DNA of 64,000 nt from Octopus bimaculoides (GCF_001194135.2 NC_068995.1:34569312-34633311); one strand, 5' to 3'; positions 12,647 through 27,217 are shown, counted from the first letter of the stretch. A program made the numbers and translations. The notes: generated by a model not told the origin, from the letters alone.

Positions 12647-12818
12647 CTATTTATTTATATCTGAAGCACACAATGCAACTATGCCCGTGTTGAATGGAGT
12701 AAATATCAATTTTATGTTAACGTCCTTCTTTGATCAGGAAAAAAAATAATCTTCATTGTTCTTCACGATATCGTTATATTCACAATTGCATTTGATGTGT
12801 TTTTCTCTTTTTCTTTAG

Positions 12819-12926
12819 ATTACATTTTGGCAGTTTTTCTCGCTAATGTATAATATTAAATTATCGATAAGAAATCTTTCTTCTTCATATGGGATATTTA
12901 CTCAGGTTCATGAGAATCTGGTTGAG
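12819..12926 (+). CDS. Candidate 108-nt exon (ITFWQFFSLMYNIKLSIRNLSSSYGIFTQVHENLVE), product unknown
   Basis: gtttttctctttttctttag|ATTACA...GTTGAG|gtgagt; only phase 0 is open. No recognisable homology. Confidence 0.3.
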
Positions 12927-13413
12927 GTGAGTTACAATTTAGATAATCCACTCTAAACCTGTACACTAAGTTAACGTAAATGGATACGCATCCAGATTAT
13001 TTTCATTTGCCAACTGATGATAGCGGAATGGTCTTCGTAATGTATCTGATTAGATATATACATGAAAAATAGATATATATATACGTGAAGGATCGTTTCA
13101 TTTCCTCGTTTAGCAAGTCTAGAGCATCTAGTTAGTAGTACTTGAGATGTAATAGTAGGCAAGTACATCACATTTCGAATTTATAGTGAAATGCTTGTAC
13201 TACAATGATAAGGTGTTTTACAAATTACTATGAATTCTCAATCGGTGAGCTCTAATAAAATATAGAATATCATCGAAACCACGATAACTTCTGGGATATT
13301 GTCTTAACCGTATATTTCCACTGATTTCTCTCTATCAAGCTGTCTCTGTATCCCTAAGTGTATACCTTATATATCTATATAGCTAAATACGTATGTACGG
13401 GTATGTGTACATT

Positions 13414-13446
<33 letters not shown>

Positions 13447-15334
13447 ATCAGAAAATAGAAATGCAATCATTACAGGCGCATACAAGAAAAGTTACAAACG
13501 CAGCGCGCGCGGAAACAAATACGCGAACAGACTCACACGCACACACACGCACACACACGCACACAAACACACACGCACACAAACACACACGCACGTAAAC
13601 AATTCAAACATACAAAGACACACCCACTTACACCTCCAGAAGCATACACAACTCCACGACCGAATAAAGAGTTACCGTTGAAAGGAAATAATCGTAAACA
13701 TTTACATTTTATTGTATATTTCACTAATTTAAGAGATGCCGCTAATATTTCGTTTTATTATTGCCTCTTCTTGTTGCTTAAACTCGAAATATATGTATTC
13801 AGGTTGAAGTATTTCTGATCTATTATTACGAGAATACCAAATAATAACGAACATATAAACAACGCGCAAGCCTTCTTCAAGGCTGCAAAGCAACACAATA
13901 TTTATGAGAATCCGTGTTTCAGGATATTATCTCAATAAACTGTAGAATTTCTCTAAGCTATAGATATACAACTATCTAAGATGTATTTATTAAAACAGAA
14001 ACGAAATCATGTGAATATTACCATAATGCAGATGACATAATATCTAAAAATAATATTTTTTTTTATCAGTAGAACATAGTTTTCGCAACATAGAAACGTA
14101 AACTCCTAGCAACTAAACTATGAAACTAAAATGGCTGTATACCGAAATTGTCGTGATAGGCATAGCTGTGCAGTGAATTACAGAGAAATATTTGATGACA
14201 AATTAATAGCGACCAACTAGTAGTGATTTATTATGTTGACTTGAATACTGAATATTGGTGAATATTTCGAAGATCAGGAGGAGTTTTGTTTTTCTTCATA
14301 TAAATTTACAGAAATCTGGTCTGTAGAGCAAGCGGCTAACTCAAGTCTACTGAATATTATATAGTAGTAACGGCTGGTGTTATAAATGCTGTAGGAGGAC
14401 TAAAAGTAAACAAAAGACTTTCTACGACTATGGAGATATATATGAACTTGATTTGTTGTTAGTCGATAGTAAAAAAATAGTCTGCAAGTGATAATATTTT
14501 AGTGAGTCTCAATTAGAGTGTTATAAGCCCGTTGGGTATCATTTTACAGAATATAATTTATTACGCAAGTCTCACTCCCCATCCTATCTTCACTGGAGAG
14601 GGCTGATTTAACAAGAAAGAATATTTCGTTGATTCGTTGTTAGTATTTCAGATTTTAAGAGTAGTGAAGTTATTTGATTATTATTGATGTTTTTTATAGC
14701 TAAACTTTGAATTCTCTATAAATCAGATCGGATGCCAATTCTCGTCAAATGAAGTTCTTCGTCTGCTAAGAAAGTAGCTGATATGGTAGCTAAATAATTA
14801 TCTAAAAGAAAAAGAAGTGCTGTACTTAAACCAGATTACATTAAAAAGTAGTTATTCAAAATTTTGATTATAAATTATTTGTATTTCAATTTCATCACAC
14901 GATTTATGTCGTTCCTTTTCAGATCATTACTAAGAACCAAACATAGTCATTGAGCCAATGATGCGGCAAGGAAAGAACATACTTATATATGTTCTTATAT
15001 TTATGGAAGTTTTATATTAAGAAAGCATATTTATGCGTCTATCTCAGTCCTTGCCGAACAACTCCAAGCTCAAAACACCCTCATTTCTCTTCAGGCATAG
15101 GGCAGCTCCAATTGTAATATCCAGTTGTACTTTTAAAGGCGATTAGGTGTTATATGATAGAAATTTGGCAGCTATTTACTAGCAGATCGAACGGTAATAT
15201 AAGGGCTCTCCTGTTCGCTTGAATGTGTGCGTATTGAAGAAGTACGTTGTATTTCAACCTCATTTCTATATTTGAAAGTTTCTTAATTCTTTAATCATTA
15301 TTTACCAAAGTATCTTTCGACATTTATCCCGTCT

Positions 15335-16775
15335 CATTTGAGGCCCTGCTTTAGCCCTGCCTCCCAGCTCTACAAGAGACATGGATGCACGCTATACTCT
15401 CAAGAATATTTTGTTACTCACCTGGAAAACGACTATCTCCGTATCGGTTCATCAGTCGGGTTTGGATTTCGGATCAGCGAACGATACCAATATAATTGCA
15501 GGTCTACATTAAACTTTTACAATTTCAACCTCAGGGTTGTTCTCTTTGTATTTCAACCTCAGGCTGTTCCCTTTGTATAGCAGCAACAATGATATCGTCG
15601 TCTCACGTAATTTGGACGCCGCTGGGTTTTAGTAGTAACTGGAGCCGACGAGGCTAGACTGTGTGGACGCAAAAGATCAAATAGCATCACAGTTTTTCTT
15701 GTTCCGAGGCGGCAAATCTAACATTTTGGAGACATCTTTCATCCTAGATAATGCAAACTGGGGGAGTGGTCATCAGCACTACGTTTCATCGTCCGACGGC
15801 AGGAAACCGCAAGTTGACAAAATAGAAGCTATTCTCCGATAGGTTTCTTTTAGAACCTTTAACAATCGAAGCATCTGGCGTTTTTGAACATCAAACCACC
15901 TCCTATTCTTGTAGCTGGCAATCCAGGTATGTTATGTGTCAGCATGATAAAAATATATACAAAAATTCAAGATGCGAGCAAAATCAAAGTAGATAGCCCT
16001 CTTTTAAAGGTATCAATAATTGACTATCCTTGCTCCACTGCACTTCACAATAAACATCTTCTCATGATGTTTTGTGTCATCATTTTTTATTTCATTAATC
16101 ACAGGACTTCTTGATCAGGGCCGCCTGTAGCTAAATGTCAACAATGAAATCTTGCATCGACATCAGCTACACTCTCTATTCCGTTACGCACTTTCTTTTC
16201 ATGAATAGCCTATCATTCCATTCCGCCAATATCGCATTCACATGAGAATATGCATTGTGCCATTAGCAGTTTAATTCGTTATCTTCTTACCATGCATCAC
16301 TCTGGTACGAACCCTTCACTGCTACACTCGTGCACTCATTCTCACACATTCTCTCAATCACTTAAATGTCCTTTTCACACACACGCGTGCATACGCGTGC
16401 GTTCTCATACTCACTTTCACATATGAACTTCCAAACATTTTTTTTTTTGGTACACATAAATACTGAGCTACAATCGCTATAGCCTCCTCTATATTTTATT
16501 TGTAAAGAAGTTTCAACATTAGCCACTTACTGAGCGTGTTGTCCCAACACACCACCTTCCTTCCCACCTGTGCTACCCATGCTGGTCTCTTATGAACATA
16601 CGTTTGTTTTATTTATATATAATTTTCCCCCTTTTCGTCTTCTATCTGTTGACAAAGGATCAACTGTCCGAAACATCGACATCTTTTTCTATCCTTCAGA
16701 GTATAATGCCTTGCCGTTGTACATCTTTTCATCGCTTTTTCGAGTTTACCTCGCTTTACTTGTAATTTACTTTTA
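15335..16775 (+). mobile_element. Decayed Penelope-like element (RT C-terminus, thumb, GIY-YIG remnant, CA-rich 3' region, pLTR)
   Basis: Ordered remnants GPALA, TFTISTS/AVPF, ARLC, ASQFFLFRGGKSNILETSF, TTFHRPT and PPPILVA, then a CA-rich tract and an HHR-like motif at 16646. The order matches PLE architecture. Confidence 0.55.
16646..16677 (+). ncRNA. Degenerate hammerhead ribozyme motif
   Basis: CTGTTGA-caaa-gga tcaactg tcc-GAAA-ca-TC; the core differs from CUGANGA, so probably inactive. Confidence 0.45.
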
Positions 16776-16789
16776 GGTTTATACCAAGT

Positions 16790-17960
16790 GGGCATTCTGC
16801 ATTGTAGAAGGTGTTGAGAGGGCTCAGCAGTTTTAGGGCAGAGTCTATACACTGTCAGCAGGCGGCTGTTAGAGTGAATACTGGCTTGTGGATAAGCTTG
16901 GCTAGATGTTGTCGCTGTTGGCATTCTGTCGATTATGACGACGAGGGTTCCAGTTGATCCGATCAACGAAACAGCCTGCTCGTGAAATTAACGTGCAAGT
17001 GGCTGAGCACTCCACACACACATGTTCTCGGGGATATTCAGCGTGACATAGAGTGACAAGGTTGGCCCATTGAATTACAGGAACAACAGAAACAGGAAGT
17101 AAGAGTGAGAGAAAGTTGTGGTGAAAGAGTACAGCAGGGTTCGCCACCATCCCCTGCCGGAGCCTCGTGGAGCTTTAGGTGTTTTCGTTCAATAAACACT
17201 CACAACGCCCGGTCTGGGAATCGAAACCACGATCCTATGACCGCGAGTCCGCTACCCTAACCACTGGGCCATTGCGCCTCCACTGGCTAGATGTATGCGT
17301 GCTTTAACGGCCATGACTAAATAATCGTTGTTATGCTGATGACATCTGCCGATCGTTACCTATCTGCTGAGTTCCAATGATAGAGCGTTAAGTTAGTCGA
17401 GACTTATGTGAGTTTTACCTAGATGCCAGCAACAAAACGAACTAGATCGTAGCAACCAGCATGGAACTAGATCAGCTTACCATACGACACTAAGTATCTG
17501 AACTCCATTGGGGCTCAAACAAGAAAGTGTTTATGGAGTGACTGTATCCTCAGTGAAAGTATCAGATTGAAACTTCTTTGACCAGTAGCTTTGTGTGGGT
17601 ATGAAGGAGGGACCCAAGAGTTGATGATACTGATTGACTGAAACTATTGGTGACGATATGTGATAAGCTAACGCTTTGCAGTTGTTGGGTAGCCCACCGA
17701 ACGAACGATTTAATTCTGGTGGAGGTGTGAACAAAGTTGGTGACGCCGATAGCTGCAATATTTTGGCCTCGTTCTTAGGGCTCAGAACCTCTGTACTCAC
17801 ACCTCCGGAAGTTGGGTGTTGAAAAATGGGTTCGTGAGAAACAAAGATAATAAAAAAGAATGACACCTAGGAGTGGGAGGCGAGCACCCTGGAGGCCTTT
17901 ACAGTTGAGTCTGAGGCTCTAGGCCTTCAGCTTTGAGAATGAGGAATCGACCGACCGAAA
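16790..17960 (+). mobile_element. Decayed RTE-type LINE fragment, interrupted by a SINE
   Basis: SLYT/QQAAVRVNTG before the SINE. After it: YADDIC (17332-17349), LSESIRLKLL*PVALCGYE and MTPRSGRRAPWRP, typical RTE RT and C-terminal motifs. Confidence 0.7.
16910..17283 (-). mobile_element. tRNA-derived SINE family D, full length, with 11-bp TSD
   Basis: Minus-strand head gtggaggcgcaatggcccagtggttagg...ggtttcgattccc; 3' end gatcggatcaactggaaccctcgtcgtc plus a CAA-like tail. TSD tggctagatgt at 16899-16909 and 17284-17294. Confidence 0.92.
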
Positions 17961-18029
17961 TGTACACTAGAATGAAGCATATATTAGTTTGATTAACTGT
18001 TATTTATTCTTGTTGTTATCGTCGGATGT

Positions 18030-18077
18030 ACTCCTTCTCCTCCTCCTCCTCCTCCTCCTACTACTACTACTACTACA

Positions 18078-18141
<64 letters not shown>
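18030..18141. repeat. (CTC)n(TAC)n microsatellite
   Basis: Direct tandem repeats. Confidence 0.95.
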
Positions 18142-18142
<1 letters not shown>

Positions 18143-20823
18143 GCTTTCATCTCGAGGTTTCCCTACGAATACAACTTCTCCCGCGATGGATTGCATCCTA
18201 CTTTTCCATGAATATTTGAGGAGAAAGTGGTTCAATGTTTACCAACATAACTGGATTCTCATTGACTTATTTCCATATTCTAGACTGACTTCTACTCAGC
18301 TCTGTAAGGTCACTGAAAATATTAAGTTCTTACTGTATTCTTACATTTAGATAATATGCCATTAGTGAATGCTGCAATTTAGTTGATGTTTTACTATGTA
18401 ACTTTGGTCATAAACCTGTGTCCTGATGTGGTAGCCATATTTCCTTGACTAGTGCAGCAATGACTTGTTCTGCAAGGACGAATTTATAATTTTTGGTCGT
18501 TTATTGACATATATTTGAGTGACATGGCATTTGTAGTTGATATTGTATTAGTGTTATTGTTGTTTTCATTTATTGTTACTGATTGTAAGTTAGAATTTGT
18601 AAAAGCAGATGATGCATAAATATTTCGCCAAACCGTCACTGTAATACAGTTGTAGGAAGTTGACTTCTCGTACAAATGTAATGTCCAGAGGCTAATTCCT
18701 AATGTTGCAATATCCATTATCCTCTTGTCCAAAAAAAAAAATAAGAACGCTGGTCAAGTTACAATATATCATTTAATAATTCTATAAACATTTATAGCTT
18801 TTTTCAAAGTGGTACATATACTAGTAAAATATGTACGTGTTTTTAGACTTTTTACGTCGCGTTTGTTAGTAGCTGTATTCATGCTGTAGCAGGCTAAACG
18901 TCAAGGGACTTAGACCTAACACATTCATATGATATGCTTTAGAAATAATTTTCAGTTGCTAGCATGCGTTATTGTCAAGAAGTAATTATTGCCCAGTAGG
19001 AAACTTGGATCAATATTATATATTTTTTCGGTAGAATAAACGAATTACAACCGTAGACTAGGATTAACATATTATCGGGATAGATAGGATTAACACTAAT
19101 CGGGATAAAATATTCTTTGTTGTTGTTATTTTCTCAGTTAAACTAAATTACTAGCATATTTGAAAGAGCTCTGAGCTTCACAAATCTAGGTTGAATGTGG
19201 TGTTCATTTCTGAGTATAAAATAATTATCTTAACTGAACAGCTGTCAAGTACTGAAGTTGAATTAATCCTAAAATGTTTGGCTTTCTACCGAAGTTACAA
19301 ATTACTAACATAAATTATCTCACAATCGAATTTTGCAGTTTATTTTTTCTTGGAGTAAGAAAAAAAACTAGCATCGGATAGTAAAACTATTGCTTGCGTT
19401 TATTTAAACAATGTTACACTGATACATAAAGTAAATTTAGACATGAATGAAGAATAAATAAAATGTAAGGGCTGAACGTATCTGGTGTTGCTTGGTTATA
19501 TAAATAACATTGCAAACTTTATATCAGTAATCATAAAAATCTTAGTTTTATTTCTGCGATATCAAAGAAACATCTTGAATCTGAATTTCTTTGCGATCAC
19601 AGAAAATATGTGTAGTTTAAGAGGTATATTTCAGGCAAAAATATTTTCTGAAAGTTAGTTCTGAAGTTTTCACGTGACAATTTGTTGGCTGCATATGCAA
19701 ATATCAAAGAGAATTGTATAAAATGCTAAAAAGTCTTGAGGAGCAGGGAATATTGGGTGTAGAGTAGCCCTTTCTACTGGAATTAGTTGTAGCAATCCGA
19801 GTGGAGTTATTAAGTCAAATTCTGAACACTGTTCCTTCTTAGAAGCATATTAATAACTCGCATTGTTCTGATGAGCTAGGTAACAAAGCACCGAGTCAAT
19901 GTAACATGATACTAGATATTAAACACCATACAAAACACTCTAAGTAATATTTTTCTAGCTAACAATAGAATTAGTTTTTAAAAGTTAATATTCAGACATT
20001 GTATTGACAAAATGATATGTTGCAAAATGTGTTAAATCTATGCTTTGGCAATTTTAACAAAATTGGCAAGTTTAGCGTTAGTGTTATTAATGGTGTGGTT
20101 GACAAAATAGGCAAATAGAAATAGTTTACTTAGATACAGAATGCACACCAAAATAATTATTTGAAAACGAAGACTAAATTTTTATCATGAATTACAAATA
20201 AAAGATTACAATAAAATGAATGAGCGTCCATGTAATCATTTCTGCTTCCGTGTAATTATTCTTCAGAATGAGATATATTGAATTAAAAGTTTGTACTGGG
20301 TGAACCAATGATAGCTTCAACAATTTTGTTTTTGAAACATTTGTGCTTCGAATATTGATAATATAATTAGAGCAGCTGCATTGTTCCCATTGCTATTGTT
20401 ATTGGTTACTTTTTCTTTCTGTTAAATATTTATATTTTTTATACTTTAATGGAGATAATAGCATTGCCAACTTTATAGCGTTTTTTTTTTACTTTCTTAG
20501 TGTGTTGTGTATTTTTACTAAAATATATTCTCATTTCATCAATCCCAATTTCATGTTTTGAGAATATTTACCTCAGGTACATTTCAATATGGCTCTCAGA
20601 ATTTCTTCAATGAGCAAGTATCTGTATTGTATTCAGTATTCGTATAAGATATGCATGTGGGGATAAAACAGAATACGGTTGTGTAAGGTAATTTTCTTTT
20701 ATCGAATATTTCCAAATATCTCTAAAAGCTATTTTATACATATTCTTACATACGTACATACACCCGCATATATATACACTTACACACATATATACATATA
20801 TATATAAATATGCGCACTTACAC

Positions 20824-20854
<31 letters not shown>

Positions 20855-20967
20855 TGCACACTTACATAAATATATATGTATGCACACTTACATACATATA
20901 TACGTATATATATGCACACTTATACACAAAGTTATTCACAAATATATTGATTGACATAGATGTAATG

Positions 20968-21050
<83 letters not shown>

Positions 21051-21249
21051 ACACACACACATACACACACAAACACACACATACATTGGTCATACTGGAC
21101 CATTGTCTTTATCAGACATGCTGTGTGGGTAAGTAAATATGCAAAACGCGCAGTTAAATATATACAGGCCTTGTGATATTGTCTGAAAGACGAGACTCTC
21201 TCACCCCCCACCCCGGCCCCTAAAAGTAAATCTGTAATCCATGATGAGA

Positions 21250-21830
21250 TATCAAGCATGATTGAAGATTTTCAGAGGTAAAAAAGGACTGCGAACGTTT
21301 GTGGGACAAAATGCAAATGATATATCATTAACAAACCTGGAAGACCACTGAAAGAATCACTACATATATTAGGTTCTAATAACCCTCTTAGGCTTGGTTT
21401 AGATGTGAACACCATATAGGAGCCTTTAGATAAGAATGGAAGAATATCATGTTTAACATCCCCAAATAGTTCATAGCTCCTCATCCTAATATTTAACAGT
21501 CTAACAAAGTCAATGGCTGGAGAGTATAAGTGTTGGTCAAGTGTTAAGTCTTGCAGTTTATATGGTGGGCCTTACAAGAAAGAATATAACTAACTTACTA
21601 AACGTTTAAGTGGAATGTTGAGAAAATTACCCTGGTATGGACAACAGATGATAATAATCAACGCTTATGGATTAAATAAAGGACTCTTCGCCAAATTCCG
21701 AGAATGATATCTTATACGATGTGCGCCTGAAGAAGGCCGGAGAGTAGAAGGACAGAAATGTTTTGAAAATAACAACCCTAAAGAAGATACAAGTCCGAAT
21801 ATTGTAGTGTATTATAATTATAAGTCGTGT
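21250..21830 (+). mobile_element. Probable decayed Penelope-like element 3' part
   Basis: Remnant translation ending LRKLPWYGQQ...YGLNK (PLE endonuclease C-termini end in GLN), followed by an HHR-like motif. Confidence 0.4.
21727..21762 (+). ncRNA. Degenerate hammerhead ribozyme motif
   Basis: CTGAAGA (21727-21733)-aggcc...ggaca-GAAA (21755-21758)-tg-TT; stems are imperfect. Confidence 0.4.
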
Positions 21831-23914
21831 TTGAGAAATTCTGTCAAAGTGACAAATATTCCTTTCCTGTCTGTATTACCTAAATTTTTACAATACAGTT
21901 TATTAATTTTTTTTCTTATATTATGCCGTATGTTCCCTTCTTTGACATTATTTCAACAATTATTTTACTCCCACTTCATTTTAGAACATTTTTTTTTGTT
22001 ATATCCAATTGTAATTGAGGCTGCTTATGTAATTTCAATTTGCTATATTTTATCCCGTCTGACTCAATTCACAAAGCTTAGAATACATTACTATTTAATA
22101 TTAATGAAATTTTTCAATATTAGTCGTCTAGATTTTATTAACATGATTTATTCTCCACTATGTTTTATTTTGTAACATTAACTATTAATATTAATGTAGT
22201 TCGCAATATTAGTCCAACATTTTATTCTGTTTGTTTCGCTTAACCGTTGTATTAATCTGTCTTAAAACAATACATTATACATATCTTCTCAGAACGGCCA
22301 ATGGATTCCAATCATTAAACCTCAACTTTGATACCACTTCTACTTCTCAGTTAAACCTCAATTACGCCTCTTTGCCCAACCAAATCTATTCGCCACTTCA
22401 GCTAATACTATTGATTCTCTACCGTCATATATTCATTGTCACATCGTTTATGAATGATTTTAAGTGTACTTAAATTTTTCCTAGCTCATTCTTCTCATCA
22501 TATCGTATTCCATTTTACTGATACTATCCGTAACAGTCTTATATATCTTAGTTTACTTTTAATCCTTTTAATTCACTTAAGACCGGCTTCAGCAACAACA
22601 CAATCTATCCATCATTCCAAATTTCAATACACCATATTCCATTTAAGCTTTAACTAAAACTCGCCATATTCCCGTACAATTTTCATTTATCTTTTAATAT
22701 CTTTGCATTGTTTATATTTTTATTTCAACTTCAACGGTGATTCCGAGGGTTTATAAACTTATCCCCACCCCTTTGCGATCTGTTAAGTGTTGTTATAACT
22801 CTTACATACTGTAACTTACCTATCGCTTCCTATACATAAGCATTTTTATTTACTTCAGTGTAGAACTACTCTCTTCTTTAAAGTAGTTTAGAAGTGGTTT
22901 TCTAACACCTGCTCCTCTCAATTTAATTTACAAGTGTTGATCTCTCCCCGCCCGCAGTGAATTCTTTATCTTAAATTTATCATTTCACTCTTTGATAAGT
23001 TTGCTTTGAAATAAAACAAAGAAGCTATTTATAAGAGGTTTCTCGATTAAAAATCAATATTCCAAACTTACACTTCATGTAATGAATACTTTGAAATTTT
23101 GCCTAACTGATATTTTAAAATAAGTATGTATGTATATTATGTGCTTATGAATGTATGTGTATATATTTATGTATATAAGCATGTATAATACTTACATACA
23201 TACATATATATACATACGTACATACATATTTATATATATATGTGTGTGTGTGTGTGTGGTGTGTGTGGATATACATGCAAACACATCACACATATATACA
23301 TATCGAAACACACATAGCACACGTATACAGTACATATACAAACACACACATATATAACATACATATACAAACGCACACGAATTATAGCTGAATACTGGTT
23401 TTATGACTGAATCAACCGTTGAAATGTCTAGCAGAAATTTCCTTAAGAGTCGAATGTTAACGAATGGTTGATGAGGTCAGTTCAGATAGAAATATTTAAA
23501 ATCGCAAAAATAAACAAGCATTTGTAAAATGAAGCATTTAAGAAGCCCATTAGTAAAACTCAACCTATATTCGAAAAGGAATTATGGGATAGGGAAACAC
23601 GGTTATGTGAGTTATCTCGCAGTTTCCTGTTTAAAATATATTTAAATTCTGTCTAAAAATATTAAGTAAAGTTTAAGTCTGTATCCTCTTGTTAATAATA
23701 TTTTTCTTAAAGACGCCAGGAGAAATAAATTTTACCCTTTAAAATGGTTATGTTTACACACTTTAGTTTTCATTAGAATAATTCAAGAATCTTATGATAC
23801 TTAAGAAAAAAATTTAGGACCAAAATATTAGTAACTAGGTACATATTAAAAGCTATTAAGATCTACATTTCTACATTTTCCACAATAATTGCTTATAGAA
23901 CACATTAGCTTATA

Positions 23915-23975
<61 letters not shown>

Positions 23976-24394
23976 CACATACATTGTATGTGTGTGTATG
24001 GATGTATGTATGTATATATGTACACACACTTTTTAAAAGGGAGGGAGAGAGCGGAAAACAAATGAGATATTAAAAATCTAATTGGTTCAGCTCTAATATT
24101 AAACGTTAAATTCATCTCATAATGTTATTTTGTTGCGTATAAAGAAAAAAATACTGTTACTCCATCTCATATTAGTGGTCTGGACTATACTATAGAAATT
24201 AAAAGAAAGCAAATATTGTTAGGAGATATCTGACATGTTACCTTATTTTCATTGATTTCTTTTTCATTATTCTTACATTTATTTCGGTTTCAGACTAAAT
24301 TATTTATGAAGTTCTAATTTTGGTCACACAGAAAATTAACATTGCTGATGATAACACAAGTGTGCAAACTATGTGGGTGTGTATGTAGGTCAAA

Positions 24395-24600
24395 TTATGA
24401 TGATGGTTTCCATTACCAGATTGCTGTGCGTTGTGTTCTGAAGCAAAACACTTCATCTCACCTTGCTTCAGTCACCTCGGCTGTAAATAGATAACTATGC
24501 GATGGACTGGACTTAATTTCAGAGGAAGAATGTTGGCCTGCTCGCCTAGACAGCGGAGTGGGATAATTCGAAAGTTACAACAATATGAGGAAGTGCATTG
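24395..24600 (+). mobile_element. SINE related to family C (CORE-like centre), decayed
   Basis: gcgttgtgttctgaagcaaaacacttcatctcaccttgct...gcgatggactgg, homologous to 30684-30920. Confidence 0.6.
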
Positions 24601-25539
24601 TATATAACAAAATTCGATATTCTGGTCAGTACGGTGATATATATCTGTCTCTTCATTCTGGTCTCTATTATGATAAGTTAAGCATTATTCTGCTAAATAT
24701 TAATATGCTTTGTAGACCCTTACTAACGTCATGTTGATTTAAGAGAATCGATCTTCTGACAATTATGAATGGGAGCTGATCGATTCCAATTATAATTAAC
24801 GTTCTCCTTATAAATTCAATATTCAATTTTCAGTACAATTCAGTGAATATAATCAGTGATAAGAGCGAATTTAGTGATAAAATCATTTTACCTTTCAAAT
24901 CTGATTCACAAACTACAGCAATAATAACATTAGTAATTTACGCTAGTTCCTCCATAATACTAAAACGATATTTTGTTTGCTTTCATAAAATAATAATAAA
25001 TTCCCATTTCTATATCCGAAGAGTCTTCCATGTATATGCCATTTCTCAAAATACCAACATAAGAAAATAAAGAATAAAATCGAAAATGATTTCTGTTGAA
25101 ATGGAAAATGTTTGTGCGCTGGGGACGAACACTTCAGAACACAAAAGCTGTTACTTTTACAATTACATATTTCCATGTCCTTCGAAAATTTCAATATAGT
25201 GTACTAGTTTTTACGACATGAAGGAAATGAAGCAATTTCTATTCTGTATTGTGGCCTTGGACGAATCATTTAACTTGCCGTGAGATTGTTCGACTTTATT
25301 CTCGTGTTTGGAAAGTATTATTCTAAGCCATAGGAAGTAAACATTTAACAAAAATGCGGAACATAGTAAAACTGTGATGTAATATAGAATCATAAAAGAA
25401 GCTTTTGTCCAATGAAAAGTTTACTCTTCGTCACAGACCTCTCCCTCATGTATATAAAGGGCTTGGTAAAAATTATTAATTGTTGATTTATTAATAAATT
25501 AATAAATTGATAAACCTTTACCCTTTTAATTTGTATATG

Positions 25540-25578
<39 letters not shown>

Positions 25579-26439
25579 NNNNNNNNNNNNNNNNNNNNNN
25601 NNNNNNNNNNNNNNNNNNNNNNNNNNNNNNNNNNNNNNNNNNNNNNNNNNNNNNNNNNNNNNNNNNNNNNNNNNNNNNNNNNNNNNNNNNNNNNNNNNNN
25701 NNNNNNNNNNNNNNNNNNNNNNNNNNNNNNNNNNNNNNNNNNNNNNNNNNNNNNNNNNNNNNNNNNNNNNNNNNNNNNNNNNNNNNNNNNNNNNNNNNNN
25801 NNNNNNNNNNNNNNNNNNNNNNNNNNNNNNNNNNNNNNNNNNNNNNNNNNNNNNNNNNNNNNNNNNNNNNNNNNNNNNNNNNNNNNNNNNNNNNNNNNNN
25901 NNNNNNNNNNNNNNNNNNNNNNNNNNNNNNNNNNNNNNNNNNNNNNNNNNNNNNNNNNNNNNNNNNNNNNNNNNNNNNNNNNNNNNNNNNNNNNNNNNNN
26001 NNNNNNNNNNNNNNNNNNNNNNNNNNNNNNNNNNNNNNNNNNNNNNNNNNNNNNNNNNNNNNNNNNNNNNNNNNNNNNNNNNNNNNNNNNNNNNNNNNNN
26101 NNNNNNNNNNNNNNNNNNNNNNNNNNNNNNNNNNNNNNNNNNNNNNNNNNNNNNNNNNNNNNNNNNNNNNNNNNNNNNNNNNNNNNNNNNNNNNNNNNNN
26201 NNNNNNNNNNNNNNNNNNNNNNNNNAAGACAGATAGATAAATAGATAGAAATATAGATAGATAGATAGATAGATAGACAGATAGATAGATAGATAGATAG
26301 AAAGATAGAGTCACGTCAGAATAATAAAGTAGATTTACTTGCAAAAAAGGACGTGTGCGTTCAATAATGTAATAATACAAAGAATATATATACATGTATA
26401 CACACATATATGTACATACTTACATCTACATGTGTATAT

Positions 26440-27180
26440 ATAGGCATATCAGGGTACAGGACGTTAGAACAATGAACTACAGACAACGGAACGAACACAT
26501 AGGAAAACGGAATATATATATATATATATATATATAATTCAAGTTTACCGAAAACGAAAGACGATGTCAGCCGACGGAACACTATCAGGTGTATTAGTTT
26601 AACGCTCAGGAAGAATGGACAAGTCTTTGACGTTTCAAGTGAACGTTCTTCAACAGAGAGGATTAAGAGAAAAAATAAAACCGGAGAGAGAAGGAAAAAA
26701 AAAACGGAGAGAGTAAAAATATGTGTAGGGAATAACGGTTCAACATGGTGAGATGGCCGGAAGAAAGGGGATCAGTGGAAGGGAGATAATAATGGTGACT
26801 CGGTCAAACGATGTGCAAGCGCGTGTTTATATGTAAGAATGGTGTGCGTAAGTGTGTATGCCTGTATATGTGTGAATGGGGGCGAGTGCGTAAGTATGTA
26901 TGTGTGGGCGACCTTAAATTGATGTGGGCCAGTGTGTGTGTGTGCGCTTCTAAGTAACCTAGTGCGTACATGCTGTGCGTTTCATGTACTAGTGTGTATC
27001 TGTGTGTTTGGACGTGTGTACATATGTATAGGTTATCATGTGTGTGTGTGTGCGCACGTGTCTGCGCGTGCGTGTGTGTACGTGCACGTCTGTGTGTATG
27101 CAAGCGCATGAGCCTGTGTGTGTGTATGTGTACAAGTAGGTTAATGTGTGCGTTGTGTGGAGTGATGTGCGTTTCGTGTA

Positions 27181-27217
<37 letters not shown>

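Noticed and set aside
15421-15927. CpG-rich first exon or promoter with MNRYGDSRFP start and donors on both strands
   Set aside because: Better explained as a decayed PLE; the splice-like sites are probably incidental.
18142-18735. Minus-strand frames resembling a zf-AD motif (DGLAKYLCIIC) or a CR1 3' end
   Set aside because: Multiple stops and conflicting resemblances; no call can be supported.
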